Origin: an uncultured Methanosarcinales archaeon
GTDB taxonomy: Archaea > Nanobdellota > Nanobdellia > Woesearchaeales > CAYMBN01
Assembly: GCA_964388715.1 (NCBI GenBank)
Contig: CAYMBN010000004.1
Location: 31,391-95,390 of the forward strand
Direction of reading: 5' to 3'
Length of the DNA: 64,000 nucleotides
Made by a program: the position numbers and the translations under genes. The notes beneath the pieces are model-generated. The model was not told where the DNA came from. It worked only from the letters and a program-made list of their open reading frames with translations, and searched no databases. This document shows, in pieces, positions 15,129 to 24,828 of this stretch. The number at the start of each line of letters is the position of its first letter. Position 1 is the first letter of the stretch.

Positions 15129-18086
15129 ATGAAGTGGGGGATATTAGTTTTTATTATAATAGTGGGTTCTTGTTATGCAACTGAAATTGAATTAAATGAA
15201 ATAATGTATAATCCTCCTGGAAGAGACAATGATAAAGAATGGTTTGAAATTTATAACCCAGATAATGAGTTCCTTAATTTTGAAGAGATGGGATTTGCAT
15301 TTGGAGATGATAAAAGTATTGATTTAATTCTTGATTGTTCTGGTTGGTATGGTGGAACTAATGCAACTTATGTTATAATAGCACCACTATCTTCTCATTT
15401 ATATGAAGATAAAAATATATCTGAAGATCAAATATTTAATCCTTCAGATATTGATGATCCTGTTGATTGTTATAGTATTGGTAATGGATTAAAAAACAGT
15501 CAAGATTATATAGAACTTTGGCTTGGAGAAGATCCTATTGATTTTTTTGATTATAATAATTCAATTGGTGCGAATGGTGATGGTAATAGTATACAATACA
15601 TTAATGAATCATGGGTTACTGCACCCCCAACACCTGGAAGAAAAAACTCTCTTGAAGAAAAACTTCCTGAAACAGAAGATATCGATTTATCTATTAATTT
15701 AAATGAATTTATTAACAAAAATATTGAACATACTAATTTATTTAAAATAAAAATAAATAATAAAGAAAACTGTTCTTTAAAAGATGATGTAACAGTTAAA
15801 TATTCTGTAACTAGTGAATGGTTTGATTATGATTTTTTAGAATGGATAACTGACGAATATATATTTGATGAGTTTACAAAGGAAGTGGGTTGCAGTGCCT
15901 CCAGTAATACTGGATCAATTACACTGGATGAAGCAGGGCAATATCAATTGTGTGGAGAAATAATTGACAGTACAATTGAGGACTTAAATAGCAAAAATGA
16001 TAAAGAATGTGCAAATTTTGAAATAGTAGATACATCAACAATTCCTTGTAACATAAGCCTTAACATAAACACAACAAATAATGCTTATGAGTATGATAAT
16101 AAAATAAAATATTCTTTTTTGTTAACAAACAAGACCTTTTTGAATGATAATAATATTCCTTATAAAATTGAATATTGGGCGGAAGATTTAGAAGGAAATA
16201 TCATTAAAAAAAAGTATAATACCACAAATACAAAACAGAAATCATACAAACCAAGAATAAGTGAAATAGAGTCAATAATAAAATTAAAGTCAAAATTAGG
16301 ATACATTGCATGTAATGATACAAACCTTAGTGATAATGAAGCAGAAGTATCAATTATTTACACATGTGAACCATTAGATGATGGCCTAAAATTGGAAGTG
16401 TGCATGGATGGTAATTGCGATTCAACATCCATAACACAATTAGCATCATACAATAAATTATTTAAGATAACTAATTTAGGCTATGTTCCTTGTTTTAAAC
16501 AATCAATTAATTTAACAATTCAGTACAACATTACTGATACAAATGGAACACTTATCAAGCAAGACTCTTTTGAATTAACAGACCTTAATCATTATAAATC
16601 TTCAAAAACAGGAGAATGGATGTCTGAAGAAACAGGTAATTACACTATTTGTGGACAAATAATTAATTCAACAATAAATCAAACAGCTTTTGCTTGTAAA
16701 AACATTACAGTAACTCCAAATCCATTTTCCATATTGAGCTTACCTACAACAACTAGTTTTGGTTCTTTTGATTTTATTACGTTACATTTTAATCCAGCAT
16801 ATTATGAACATAATAAAACAAGATTTATTATTTATGGTACAAATAAAAAGATAATCTCTGATTTAACAGGAGAAAAAATAAAAAGTTATTCCAAATGTCA
16901 AGGTGAAACTTCTATGGAACTTAACACTTCAACAAACCAAAGTTATTTTTTACGTATTCCTTTCTTCTTATATCCTAATTGTGATAATAAATATTCCAAT
17001 GGAGATCATAAACTGTCATTAAGAGTATGTTCACCAAAAACAAATCAAATTGATTTTGAAAAATTTTTTGATTATACTTTTGAATTATCTATTTTAGGAA
17101 AAAGTAGTGGGTTATGTCCACTTCCTGTGATTACAACCGCCAAAACAAAAGCTCCTTCAAGCAATTTAATCCAATTCATGGAAAGAACAAAAAAAGATCA
17201 TGAGGAAAGCTTCACTTATGATAATACTAAATTTAAAATAATATTTCCAGAAGAAATAAAAACAAGTGAGAAATTTTTCATTCCTATTTTCATAAATAAC
17301 ACAGATGGGACAAACAAAAAATTTGAAATTTGGTCATACATTTACAAAGGAAGAACAAGTTTAATGGAAAAAACAGCTAATAAACAAATAATTACTTTAA
17401 AATCTGGAGAATCAAAAAATGTCAAACTCGAAAATAAAATCATTCAAGAGAATGTAAAACAAGATGATTATAAATCTATGGTTAAAATAAACTCTGAGAC
17501 AATGAAAAGTGTTAAATCCAAATCAAAAGAAGTAAATTTAATAACAAAACAAATACAACAACAAACAAAAACAACAATGAATTCAGAAATAATCAGTTTT
17601 CACACAAGAAATAAAAAACCAAAAGATGAAATTATACTTATTACTTCTATTCAAAATAATGCAGAAAAAGAACAAAAATTAAGCCTTATACTTGAATCCT
17701 TTGTTGAACATATAGAAGAAAATATTACTATTGACCCAAAATCAAAAGAACAATTTAAGTTTGAAGTTAAATTATTTTCAGGAAAAAATGTATTTTTTCT
17801 CAAATTAAAACAAAATAAAGAACTTATTGATCATAAAGAATTAATACTTTTCTCAAACAATGAAGAAATAAAAACTTATAATGAAAATGAAATGCAATAT
17901 CTTGATTTTATAGAATCATTACAACAAGAAATAACGGGAACAGCTATTTATGATGTTAGTAAACAATCACAACCAAAAGAACAAATAGTCTACAAATCCA
18001 AATCCCAGCGCATAAAAGAAAACATCATCTACTTCTTAGTATTTGCTTTGACGCTCTTATTAATAATCTTCATCTTCAAAATCTAA
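15129..18086 (+). CDS. Secreted, C-terminally anchored surface protein with an N-terminal lamin-tail domain and CARDB-like modules
   Basis: There is a signal peptide (MKWGILVFIIIVGSCYA) and an LTD signature (ELNEIMYNPPGRDNDKEWFEIYNP). Repeated modules read G.Y.(L/I)CG(E/Q)II(D/N)STI....C.N(F/I).(I/V). The C-terminus is a TM helix (IIYFLVFALTLLLIIFIF). Confidence 0.7.
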   Translation: MKWGILVFIIIVGSCYATEIELNEIMYNPPGRDNDKEWFEIYNPDNEFLNFEEMGFAFGDDKSIDLILDCSGWYGGTNATYVIIAPLSSHLYEDKNISEDQIFNPSDIDDPVDCYSIGNGLKNSQDYIELWLGEDPIDFFDYNNSIGANGDGNSIQYINESWVTAPPTPGRKNSLEEKLPETEDIDLSINLNEFINKNIEHTNLFKIKINNKENCSLKDDVTVKYSVTSEWFDYDFLEWITDEYIFDEFTKEVGCSASSNTGSITLDEAGQYQLCGEIIDSTIEDLNSKNDKECANFEIVDTSTIPCNISLNINTTNNAYEYDNKIKYSFLLTNKTFLNDNNIPYKIEYWAEDLEGNIIKKKYNTTNTKQKSYKPRISEIESIIKLKSKLGYIACNDTNLSDNEAEVSIIYTCEPLDDGLKLEVCMDGNCDSTSITQLASYNKLFKITNLGYVPCFKQSINLTIQYNITDTNGTLIKQDSFELTDLNHYKSSKTGEWMSEETGNYTICGQIINSTINQTAFACKNITVTPNPFSILSLPTTTSFGSFDFITLHFNPAYYEHNKTRFIIYGTNKKIISDLTGEKIKSYSKCQGETSMELNTSTNQSYFLRIPFFLYPNCDNKYSNGDHKLSLRVCSPKTNQIDFEKFFDYTFELSILGKSSGLCPLPVITTAKTKAPSSNLIQFMERTKKDHEESFTYDNTKFKIIFPEEIKTSEKFFIPIFINNTDGTNKKFEIWSYIYKGRTSLMEKTANKQIITLKSGESKNVKLENKIIQENVKQDDYKSMVKINSETMKSVKSKSKEVNLITKQIQQQTKTTMNSEIISFHTRNKKPKDEIILITSIQNNAEKEQKLSLILESFVEHIEENITIDPKSKEQFKFEVKLFSGKNVFFLKLKQNKELIDHKELILFSNNEEIKTYNENEMQYLDFIESLQQEITGTAIYDVSKQSQPKEQIVYKSKSQRIKENIIYFLVFALTLLLIIFIFKI

Positions 18087-18098
18087 ACTTTCAATAAA

Positions 18099-18109
18099 CT
18101 TTATATATA
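18099..18109 (+). promoter_or_regulatory. TATA box
   Basis: CTTTATATATA lies about 30 nt upstream of the ATG at 18131. Confidence 0.4.
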
Positions 18110-18130
18110 CAACCATATATACTATATAGT

Positions 18131-19021
18131 ATGAATGTCCGCAACATTCAAAAGACAGGTAATATGTTCTATGTTTACCTACCTACTTCTTGGTGTAAAG
18201 AACATAAAATTAACAGTAAATCCAAAGTTTCAGTTGAAACAAATAATGATGGGTCATTAACAGTAAGTTCTACAATAACAAAACAAGGTAAAAAAGAACT
18301 TAATTTACATATTTCTAACAAAGATATCAATATTATCAACAAACTTATTGTTGCCTGTTACATAAACCCTATAAATTCATTTAGGATAACACTTGATAAA
18401 GAAATTGATATAAGCACTATTCTTAACCAAAAAAAACTTATTTCTGGCTTAGAATTTGTTGAATACGATAAAAACAAGATTCTTTGTGAAAGCTCAATCC
18501 TAGTAACAAGACCAGGAGCACTTCTCAGAACAATGATAACAAAAATTAAAAACCTTTTACTGGTAAAAATGAAACATTATAATCCAGAACTAATTGAAAG
18601 ATACAAAGAAGAAATCAGAAGAAATCACTTTTTGATTGACAAAAGTGCTATCACTTTTTTAACATATAATGAAAAAAGCACTCTTAAACATAGTGATTTA
18701 TATTACATTGCTACAATCTCACACATTCTTGATAGAATGACCAGCCACATAATCCACCTCAAACAACATAAATCTCCTTTTATTAATCAGATATACAAAA
18801 TCATGTATTTATTAAAAGATATTTTTGAAAATATAACAAAGGAAGATATAAACAAGCTCTTAAATTACAAAGCAGCAATTCGCTTTGCGCAAGAAATATC
18901 ATCTATAAAGATAAAAAAAGTTAACAATCTTGAATCATACAGTGAAAGAAGAATAACGCGTTATCTTAACAATATATCAGAAAACATTATCAACTGGTCA
19001 ATAACAAACCAAGTTGAGTAA
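18131..19021 (+). CDS. AbrB/SpoVT-type DNA-binding domain protein with a PhoU-like helical C-terminal region
   Basis: The N-terminus IQKTGNMFYVYLPTSWCKEHKI..SKVSVETNNDGSLTV fits the swapped-hairpin AbrB fold. The long helical remainder resembles archaeal PhoU-like regulators, but that part of the assignment is weak. Confidence 0.4.
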   Translation: MNVRNIQKTGNMFYVYLPTSWCKEHKINSKSKVSVETNNDGSLTVSSTITKQGKKELNLHISNKDINIINKLIVACYINPINSFRITLDKEIDISTILNQKKLISGLEFVEYDKNKILCESSILVTRPGALLRTMITKIKNLLLVKMKHYNPELIERYKEEIRRNHFLIDKSAITFLTYNEKSTLKHSDLYYIATISHILDRMTSHIIHLKQHKSPFINQIYKIMYLLKDIFENITKEDINKLLNYKAAIRFAQEISSIKIKKVNNLESYSERRITRYLNNISENIINWSITNQVE

Positions 19022-19181
19022 ATAGATTCTATATAACATATAGCTCAGGTTTAATACCATTAACAACTTAACTTATTCTGGGATGTGGGGTTATATTAAA
19101 ACCAGGCTTATTATAAGAAAAGATATTGTTAGAAAGAATACTCAAACCACCCTACAAGATTTTACCAAGAGGGGTGAAAAT

Positions 19182-19319
19182 ATGATAAAACCAAGATTTC
19201 CTTCTGAGGATTTTGAATATGACATATACAATGAAGACTATAGAGAAGAAATGTTTGATGACGATGCTATTTCTGCAGAAGAAATGGCCTTCATGAAAGG
19301 CTATGAAGAAGCTGGATAG
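19182..19319 (+). CDS. Small (45-aa) highly acidic protein
   Basis: MIKPRFPSEDFEYDIYNEDYREEMFDDDAISAEEMAFMKGYEEAG is preceded by GAGGGGTGA, which ends about 4 nt before the ATG. The longer track ORF (19083) lacks a start signal. Confidence 0.35.
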   Translation: MIKPRFPSEDFEYDIYNEDYREEMFDDDAISAEEMAFMKGYEEAG

Positions 19320-19357
19320 GCAAAACATTTTTAAACCTCCAATTTCTTCTTTAATTC

Positions 19358-19921
19358 ATGGCACAGAAAAACGTACATGCAAGAGTCGTAATCGAAGTAA
19401 TGGGAAAACCAAAAGAACACGTAGAACAATCACTAGCAGCTTACATGGATAAGATAAAGAATGATAAAGAATTAGAAGTAATCAAATTCAAAGTATATGA
19501 AGCAAAACCACAAGATGACATGTTTAGCACATTCGCAGAAATTGAATTTAAAGTAGAAAAAATGCAGAATTTAGTAGCATTCTGCCTTGATTACATGCCT
19601 TCTTCAATTGAAATAATTGAACCTAAAGAATTTGCACTTAACCAATCAGAAATTACAGATTTTTTCAATGATCTACAAGGAAAACTTCACAATATTGACA
19701 TGACTGTTAAAAACCTCAGATTTGAAAGTGAAGCACTCAAAAGAACAGTAAACAACCTTATCAGAAATATTATATTTAGAACACTTCAAGCACAAAAAGC
19801 AACATTACAACAAATCTCAGCAACAGCAGGAATTCCTGAAGAAACAATGAAAAACTATCTTGAAAATCTAACCAAAGCAGATAAAATTAAAAAAGATGGT
19901 GAATTTTACTTAATAAAATGA
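19358..19921 (+). CDS. Hypothetical protein with a C-terminal winged-helix-like segment, coupled to scpB
   Basis: 187 aa. The C-terminus reads ATLQQISATAGIPEETMKNYLENLTKADKIKKDGEFYLI. Its stop overlaps the scpB ATG (ATGA). Confidence 0.45.
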   Translation: MAQKNVHARVVIEVMGKPKEHVEQSLAAYMDKIKNDKELEVIKFKVYEAKPQDDMFSTFAEIEFKVEKMQNLVAFCLDYMPSSIEIIEPKEFALNQSEITDFFNDLQGKLHNIDMTVKNLRFESEALKRTVNNLIRNIIFRTLQAQKATLQQISATAGIPEETMKNYLENLTKADKIKKDGEFYLIK

Positions 19922-20874
19922 TTGCTCCTGAAAAACTGGAAGAACATAAAAAAAAAGTAGAAGCAATTCTTTTTTCTATTGGCAAAGAAGTAACTCTTGA
20001 AGACCTAAAAAGATTAACAAAAATAAGATTTTTTGAAGATTTAAACCAGACACTAAAAGCATTGCAAGAACAATATAAACAAAAACCTGGGTCACTTCAA
20101 TTAACAGAAGATGATGGCAAATGGAAACTCACTGTCAAAGATGATTATATTCCTTTAATCAAAAACATTGTCACAGATACTGACTTAAACAAAGGTATAA
20201 TGGAAACACTTGGAGTTATTGCATGGAAATATCCGATATTACAAGCAGACGTTATTAAAATTAGAACAAACAAAGCTTATGATCATTTAAGAGAACTAGA
20301 AAAACGTGGTTTTATTGCGCGTGACAAACATGGTAGAACAAAAACAATACGTTTAACAGGAAAATTCTTTGATTACTTTGATCTTCCACATGATCAGAAA
20401 AAAGCTCATGAAGAATTCATGAAAATGATTGGAGCAAAAAAACAACAGCAATTAGAAGAAAAAGAAAAAAGCATTGATGATGGTGAAAAAATTATCCAAG
20501 AAGGAGAAATTAAAAAACAACAAGTTGTAGAAGAACAAAGAAAAAGAAAAGAACAAGAAAAAAAGCTTCAATCAGGAGACCTATCTGATATTGAATTATT
20601 AGATGAAGAAGGACATGAAGTACAACTTAAAGAATATGAAGAAGTTAAAACAGAAATTGTTGATAACAACCCTGAAGTTGATTTAATTGATGAAACAACT
20701 GACCAACCAAAAAAACTAGAAGTTTATGAAGAGAAAGAAGAACCAGAAAAAGTTGAACAAGAAACTAAAGAAGAAAAACCAGAGGAAACTAATGAAGAAA
20801 AAAAAGAAGTTGAACAACCAGAAGAAACAGAACAATCCGCTGAAAAACCAGAACAAAATGATACTTCTTCTTAA
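19918..20874 (+). CDS. scpB: Segregation and condensation protein B (ScpB) with an acidic low-complexity tail
   Basis: EAILFSIGKEVTLEDL.. and METLGVIAWKYPILQADVIKIRTNKAYDHLRELEKRGFI give the tandem winged-helix ScpB pattern. The last 130 aa or so are an E/K/P-rich tail. Confidence 0.78.
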   Translation: MIAPEKLEEHKKKVEAILFSIGKEVTLEDLKRLTKIRFFEDLNQTLKALQEQYKQKPGSLQLTEDDGKWKLTVKDDYIPLIKNIVTDTDLNKGIMETLGVIAWKYPILQADVIKIRTNKAYDHLRELEKRGFIARDKHGRTKTIRLTGKFFDYFDLPHDQKKAHEEFMKMIGAKKQQQLEEKEKSIDDGEKIIQEGEIKKQQVVEEQRKRKEQEKKLQSGDLSDIELLDEEGHEVQLKEYEEVKTEIVDNNPEVDLIDETTDQPKKLEVYEEKEEPEKVEQETKEEKPEETNEEKKEVEQPEETEQSAEKPEQNDTSS

Positions 20875-20995
20875 ATGTCCTAAATGTAAACATAATATGA
20901 AATATGAATCAAGAGACAACATTCTAACAAAAAAGAGAAAAAAATGTGTTTATTGCAATCATTCTTTCAAAGTCAGAGAAAACATTACATCATAG
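20858..20995 (+). CDS. Possible 45-aa zinc-ribbon protein
   Basis: MILLLKCPKCKHNMKY...KKCVYCNHSF has CPxC...CxxC. The upstream part of the track ORF (20726) is just the poly-Lys reading of the scpB tail in another frame. Confidence 0.3.
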   Translation: MILLLKCPKCKHNMKYESRDNILTKKRKKCVYCNHSFKVRENITS

Positions 20996-21956
20996 TTCTA
21001 TACTTAATATTAATTAATCCCCACTGAATAAATATAATTATCAACGATAAAAGCAATAAAATAAAAGAAAGATCATACTGCATTTTCTGTTGAGTTGAAC
21101 TTGCTATTTCTTTAAAAGCAGAGGATAATTTTTCAAAATTATCAGCTTTAAAATAATTCCCACTTGTTTCATCTGCCATATAAGCAAGTGCTTCTTCATC
21201 AAGTTTCAATGTCACATTAAACCCAGCAAACAATCCTCCTTCCTCAGTTCCTACACCAATGCTATCAATCCTAATATTTTTACTTTTAACATTATCAACA
21301 GCATCTTTTACAGAAGTACCAACATTTGCCTGTCCATCAGTAAGAAGAACAATAACTTTACTTTTATCCTCATTAACAAAAAGATTAGATGAAGTTACAA
21401 TTGCTCCACCAATATTAGTCCCACCAAGTTCACCAATATCTAACAAATCAACAACTTCCCTTAACCTTGAATTATCACTTATCAATTCTTGCTCAACAAC
21501 TGGTGACCCAGAAAAAGAAACAATACCAATATTAACCTTTCCTGAAACAGAATCCAAAAATACATTTGCTGCTTTTTTTGCAGCTTCAAGCCGATTTGGT
21601 TCAAAATCATCTGTAATCATTGAACTTGATACATCAATTGCAAGCACATAATCAAAATCACTTGTTTCTCCAATATATTCAATTGATGTTCCTGCAACAG
21701 AAAAAATCAAAAAAGTTATCACAAGTAATCTAATAAATAAAACACCCAAATTCTTATTAAAAAACTTTCCAGAATATGGTTGAGCCAACATTCTTCCTTT
21801 GGAAACCCTTCTTATTGCCTCAAAATTAGCAAACTTTAAAGCACTACCTTTCACATATTTTAAAGTAAAAAAATGTGCAATTATAAACACAGGTAAACTT
21901 AACAAAAACCAAAGATACATTGGTTTACCAAAAATTAATCCTAATATTTGAACCAT
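20985..21956 (-). CDS. Membrane-anchored von Willebrand factor A (BatA-like) protein
   Basis: It has N-terminal TM helices, a DVSSSM MIDAS motif, LLTDGQAN and a C-terminal TM. The ATG at 21956 lies 1 nt after the DUF58 stop; the track start at 21983 is the alternative. Confidence 0.75.
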   Translation of the reverse strand: MVQILGLIFGKPMYLWFLLSLPVFIIAHFFTLKYVKGSALKFANFEAIRRVSKGRMLAQPYSGKFFNKNLGVLFIRLLVITFLIFSVAGTSIEYIGETSDFDYVLAIDVSSSMITDDFEPNRLEAAKKAANVFLDSVSGKVNIGIVSFSGSPVVEQELISDNSRLREVVDLLDIGELGGTNIGGAIVTSSNLFVNEDKSKVIVLLTDGQANVGTSVKDAVDNVKSKNIRIDSIGVGTEEGGLFAGFNVTLKLDEEALAYMADETSGNYFKADNFEKLSSAFKEIASSTQQKMQYDLSFILLLLSLIIIFIQWGLINIKYRTMM

Positions 21957-21957
21957 T

Positions 21958-22848
21958 TTATCTCCATTTTTTAGCTCTCTCAACCAAATAATTAATAAAA
22001 ATCTTTACAAAAGGCTGATTTGTTGTAAGATTAATAAAATCACATTTAGTATCTTTAAACATCTTATGTATACTTCTTTCTTGTTTTTTAACTATCTTTG
22101 CATAATCTTCTTTTATTAAATTTGGTTCTATTACTTCTTGCTTTCCAGTGATTGGATCCTGAACAACTATTTGACCAACTACTGAAGGAAGTGTTTTATC
22201 TCTTGGATCTCTTACCATTATACCTGTTATATCTAACTTTTTTGACGCAATCCTAAGATCCTTTTCAAAATTAGGTCTTAGTCCAATAAAATCTGATATA
22301 ATAAATAATATAGCACCATCACTTAAATTTTTTGTGGCATATTCAAGCGCATTATTATAATCTTTATCTCCACCATAAAAAGCAGGGTTAAGAATTTTTC
22401 TCGAAAGAGAATAAAACTGTTTTTCTCCTGCTTTTGGCAAATCAGAAAAAATAACTTTATCACTAAAAAATGCAAATCCAACTTTATCTTCTGCATGAAG
22501 CATAGCATAAGTTAAAGCTGCAGTCATCTCAGCCACATACTCTGTTTTTAATTTTTTAGTCGAACCAAAAATCATTGTTGAACTTACATCAATTAGAAAA
22601 AAAATATTTAACTTTCTTTCTTCAATAAACTTTTTAACTAAAAGATTATTTGAGCGTAATGATGCTTTCCAATCAATAATAGATGCATCATCTTCAGGAG
22701 TATAACTTTTATAAGAATCAAATTCAAGACCTTTTCCTTTAAACGTATTCCTGTACTTCCTAATTAATCTAGAATTCATTAAAGTCTTCACAGCTACTTC
22801 TAACTGTTTAACCTCCATAGAAAATTGTGAACTAAATCTTCTTTTCAT
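21958..22848 (-). CDS. DUF58-family protein (MoxR-associated, VWA-like)
   Basis: FKGKGLEFDSYKSYTPEDDASIIDWKAS is the DUF58 signature. It sits between the MoxR and VWA genes. Confidence 0.8.
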   Translation of the reverse strand: MKRRFSSQFSMEVKQLEVAVKTLMNSRLIRKYRNTFKGKGLEFDSYKSYTPEDDASIIDWKASLRSNNLLVKKFIEERKLNIFFLIDVSSTMIFGSTKKLKTEYVAEMTAALTYAMLHAEDKVGFAFFSDKVIFSDLPKAGEKQFYSLSRKILNPAFYGGDKDYNNALEYATKNLSDGAILFIISDFIGLRPNFEKDLRIASKKLDITGIMVRDPRDKTLPSVVGQIVVQDPITGKQEVIEPNLIKEDYAKIVKKQERSIHKMFKDTKCDFINLTTNQPFVKIFINYLVERAKKWR

Positions 22849-22850
22849 TT

Positions 22851-23897
22851 TTATGGTACAGGTACCTTTTTAAGAATTTCATCAATCACTTGATTTGTTG
22901 TAATTCCCTCTGCCTGCGCCTCATAATTTAAACGAATCCTATGTCTTAAAACATCATGCGCAATATTTTTTACATGTTGTGGTTTAACATATGAATCACC
23001 ACATAACAATGCTTCTGCTTTGGCAGCAATAAAAAGATAAATCGATGCTCTTGGCGAACCACCAAGCTCTATATATTTACCAAATTTAAGATTGTATTTG
23101 TCAGGATTCCTTGTTGCATTTACAATTCTTACAATATATTTTTCAACATTTTCATTAAGAAATATTTTTTTAACTAATTTTTGAATCTGTACTATTTTAC
23201 TTGCTGACATTACAGGCTTTAGATTAAAATCTTCTAATTTATGGATAGAAATATTTTTCTTAAGAATTTCTCTTTCTTCTTCAATATCAGGATAATCTAA
23301 AAGAAGATTAAACAAAAACCTATCAACCTGTGCTTCTGGTAAAGGATATGTTCCAGAACTTTCAATTGTATTTTGTGTAGCCATAACAAAAAAAGGTTGA
23401 TCCAACTTATACGTCTTCTTACTAATTGTAGCCTGATGTTCACCCATTGCTTCAAGTAAAGCAGACTGTGTTTTTGGTGGTGCACGATTTATTTCATCTG
23501 CAATAACAAAATTTGCAAAAATAGGCCCTTTAACAGTTGTAAACCCTTTTCTTTGATCATAAGTTGTTATTCCAACAATATCTGTTGGCAAAAGATCCAC
23601 TGTAAATTGAATCCTGTTAAATTTACATCCTGTTGACTCTGCTAAAGATCTTATCATAAGTGTTTTTGCAACACCAGGTACACCTTCAACAAGAACATGT
23701 CCATTTGCAACAATAGCTCTAAGCAACCCCTTTAAGATCTTTCCTTGTCCAACAACAATCTTAGAAACCTCTTCTTTTACTTTAGCTAAATCCTTTTGAT
23801 ACAATAACACCTTTTTCTTAAGTTCTGACTGCTTTTTATTAATAATCCTCTTCTTTTTCCTCTTTCCCCTCTTTTTTTTCTTTTTTCTATAGACCAT
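22851..23897 (-). CDS. MoxR-family AAA+ ATPase
   Basis: It has VLVEGVPGVAKT (Walker A), ADEINRAPPKTQSALLEAM (Walker B/sensor) and LPEAQVDRF. The N-terminus has an added poly-Lys/Arg extension. Confidence 0.9.
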   Translation of the reverse strand: MVYRKKKKKRGKRKKKRIINKKQSELKKKVLLYQKDLAKVKEEVSKIVVGQGKILKGLLRAIVANGHVLVEGVPGVAKTLMIRSLAESTGCKFNRIQFTVDLLPTDIVGITTYDQRKGFTTVKGPIFANFVIADEINRAPPKTQSALLEAMGEHQATISKKTYKLDQPFFVMATQNTIESSGTYPLPEAQVDRFLFNLLLDYPDIEEEREILKKNISIHKLEDFNLKPVMSASKIVQIQKLVKKIFLNENVEKYIVRIVNATRNPDKYNLKFGKYIELGGSPRASIYLFIAAKAEALLCGDSYVKPQHVKNIAHDVLRHRIRLNYEAQAEGITTNQVIDEILKKVPVP

Positions 23898-24017
23898 TTT
23901 CTACTATTTTTACTATATAAACACATTCTTTTTAATTACTTTGCTTACCACTTTCAAATGAAAACCTTATCTTTTCACAAAGATTTATATATCTGTAAAT
24001 ACAATTTTTTACCTAAC

Positions 24018-24383
24018 ATGGCTCTTTTTAGAAAAGGTTCAAAAGAAAGTAAGGAATTAAAAACACATAAAGAAAAAATCAGAGACTTTACATTAAGAAA
24101 ACTTTCTTCAATCTACAAAAGATTAAGAAGCAAAAAAGCAAAAGTTGAATTCAAGGCATTACTTAGAGAATTCTTTGCAGCATACTTTCACATAAAATAC
24201 GAATTCACCTATAATGAGCTCAAGCAAGAGCTTGAAAAAAAGAAAATCAAACATGAAATAAGAATTGACCTTGATTTACTTATTGATTCTATTGCAAAGC
24301 TCGAATACAGCAAAGACAATGCTTCTATCAAAGAGTTCCAAAATCTCTGTAAACAAGCAATAAAAATATTCAAACAACTATAA
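24018..24383 (+). CDS. Hypothetical Lys-rich helical protein
   Basis: The ATG at 24018 lies about 34 nt downstream of a TTTATATA box (23984-23991). The track start at 23958 has no such signal. Confidence 0.4.
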   Translation: MALFRKGSKESKELKTHKEKIRDFTLRKLSSIYKRLRSKKAKVEFKALLREFFAAYFHIKYEFTYNELKQELEKKKIKHEIRIDLDLLIDSIAKLEYSKDNASIKEFQNLCKQAIKIFKQL

Positions 24384-24464
24384 TTTCATTAAATACTTCT
24401 TCAGACTTTTCTCTTCTAAAAAGATTCATCGATGAAGATTTCCACAAATACATCAAAAAATACT

Positions 24465-24500
24465 CCAATAACCTCTCCAATAACTTCTTTAATAACCTCT
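24465..24500. repeat. Three tandem 12-bp repeats upstream of the wHTH/giant-protein operon
   Basis: CCAATAACCTCT / CCAATAACTTCT / TTAATAACCTCT end 45 nt upstream of the TTTAAATA box at 24545-24552. Confidence 0.6.
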
Positions 24501-24576
24501 TCAAAGCATATATTCAAGCATTTATAAACACCTTTACCGATACATTTAAATATAAGTTAAGGAATAATATATACTA

Positions 24577-24828
24577 ATGTACGATAACTTGACAAAAATA
24601 GTGTTGAAATTCATCAATTCTCAAGACATACCTCTCGAAACAAGAGAGATTATTGATCATGCAAAATCAAGATCAAAAACAACTACAAGGACAAAAGTTC
24701 TCCATAGGCTTAATCTTCTAAGAGGTGATGGCCTTATCAAAGGTAGATTCCTAAGCGCAGGCAAAGGTATCTGGATCTGGTGGAAATTAAATGCATTTAA
24801 AGGTAAAAAAAGAGGTAAGAATGTATAA
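24577..24828 (+). CDS. Small winged-helix DNA-binding protein
   Basis: 83 aa. ETREIIDHAKS....TRTKVLHRLNLLRGDGLIKG....GKGIWIWWK gives a helix-turn-helix plus wing pattern. A TTTAAATA box lies 32 nt upstream. The 3' end overlaps the start of the giant gene by 8 nt. Confidence 0.5.
   Translation: MYDNLTKIVLKFINSQDIPLETREIIDHAKSRSKTTTRTKVLHRLNLLRGDGLIKGRFLSAGKGIWIWWKLNAFKGKKRGKNV

Noticed and set aside
20716-20922. 68-aa minus-strand ORF, and the N-terminal 44 codons of the plus-strand ORF at 20726
   Set aside because: Both are alternative-frame or antisense readings of the GAA/AAA-rich acidic tail of scpB, giving poly-Phe or poly-Lys. Only the C-terminal zinc-ribbon part (20858-20995) is kept, and only as a low-confidence feature.
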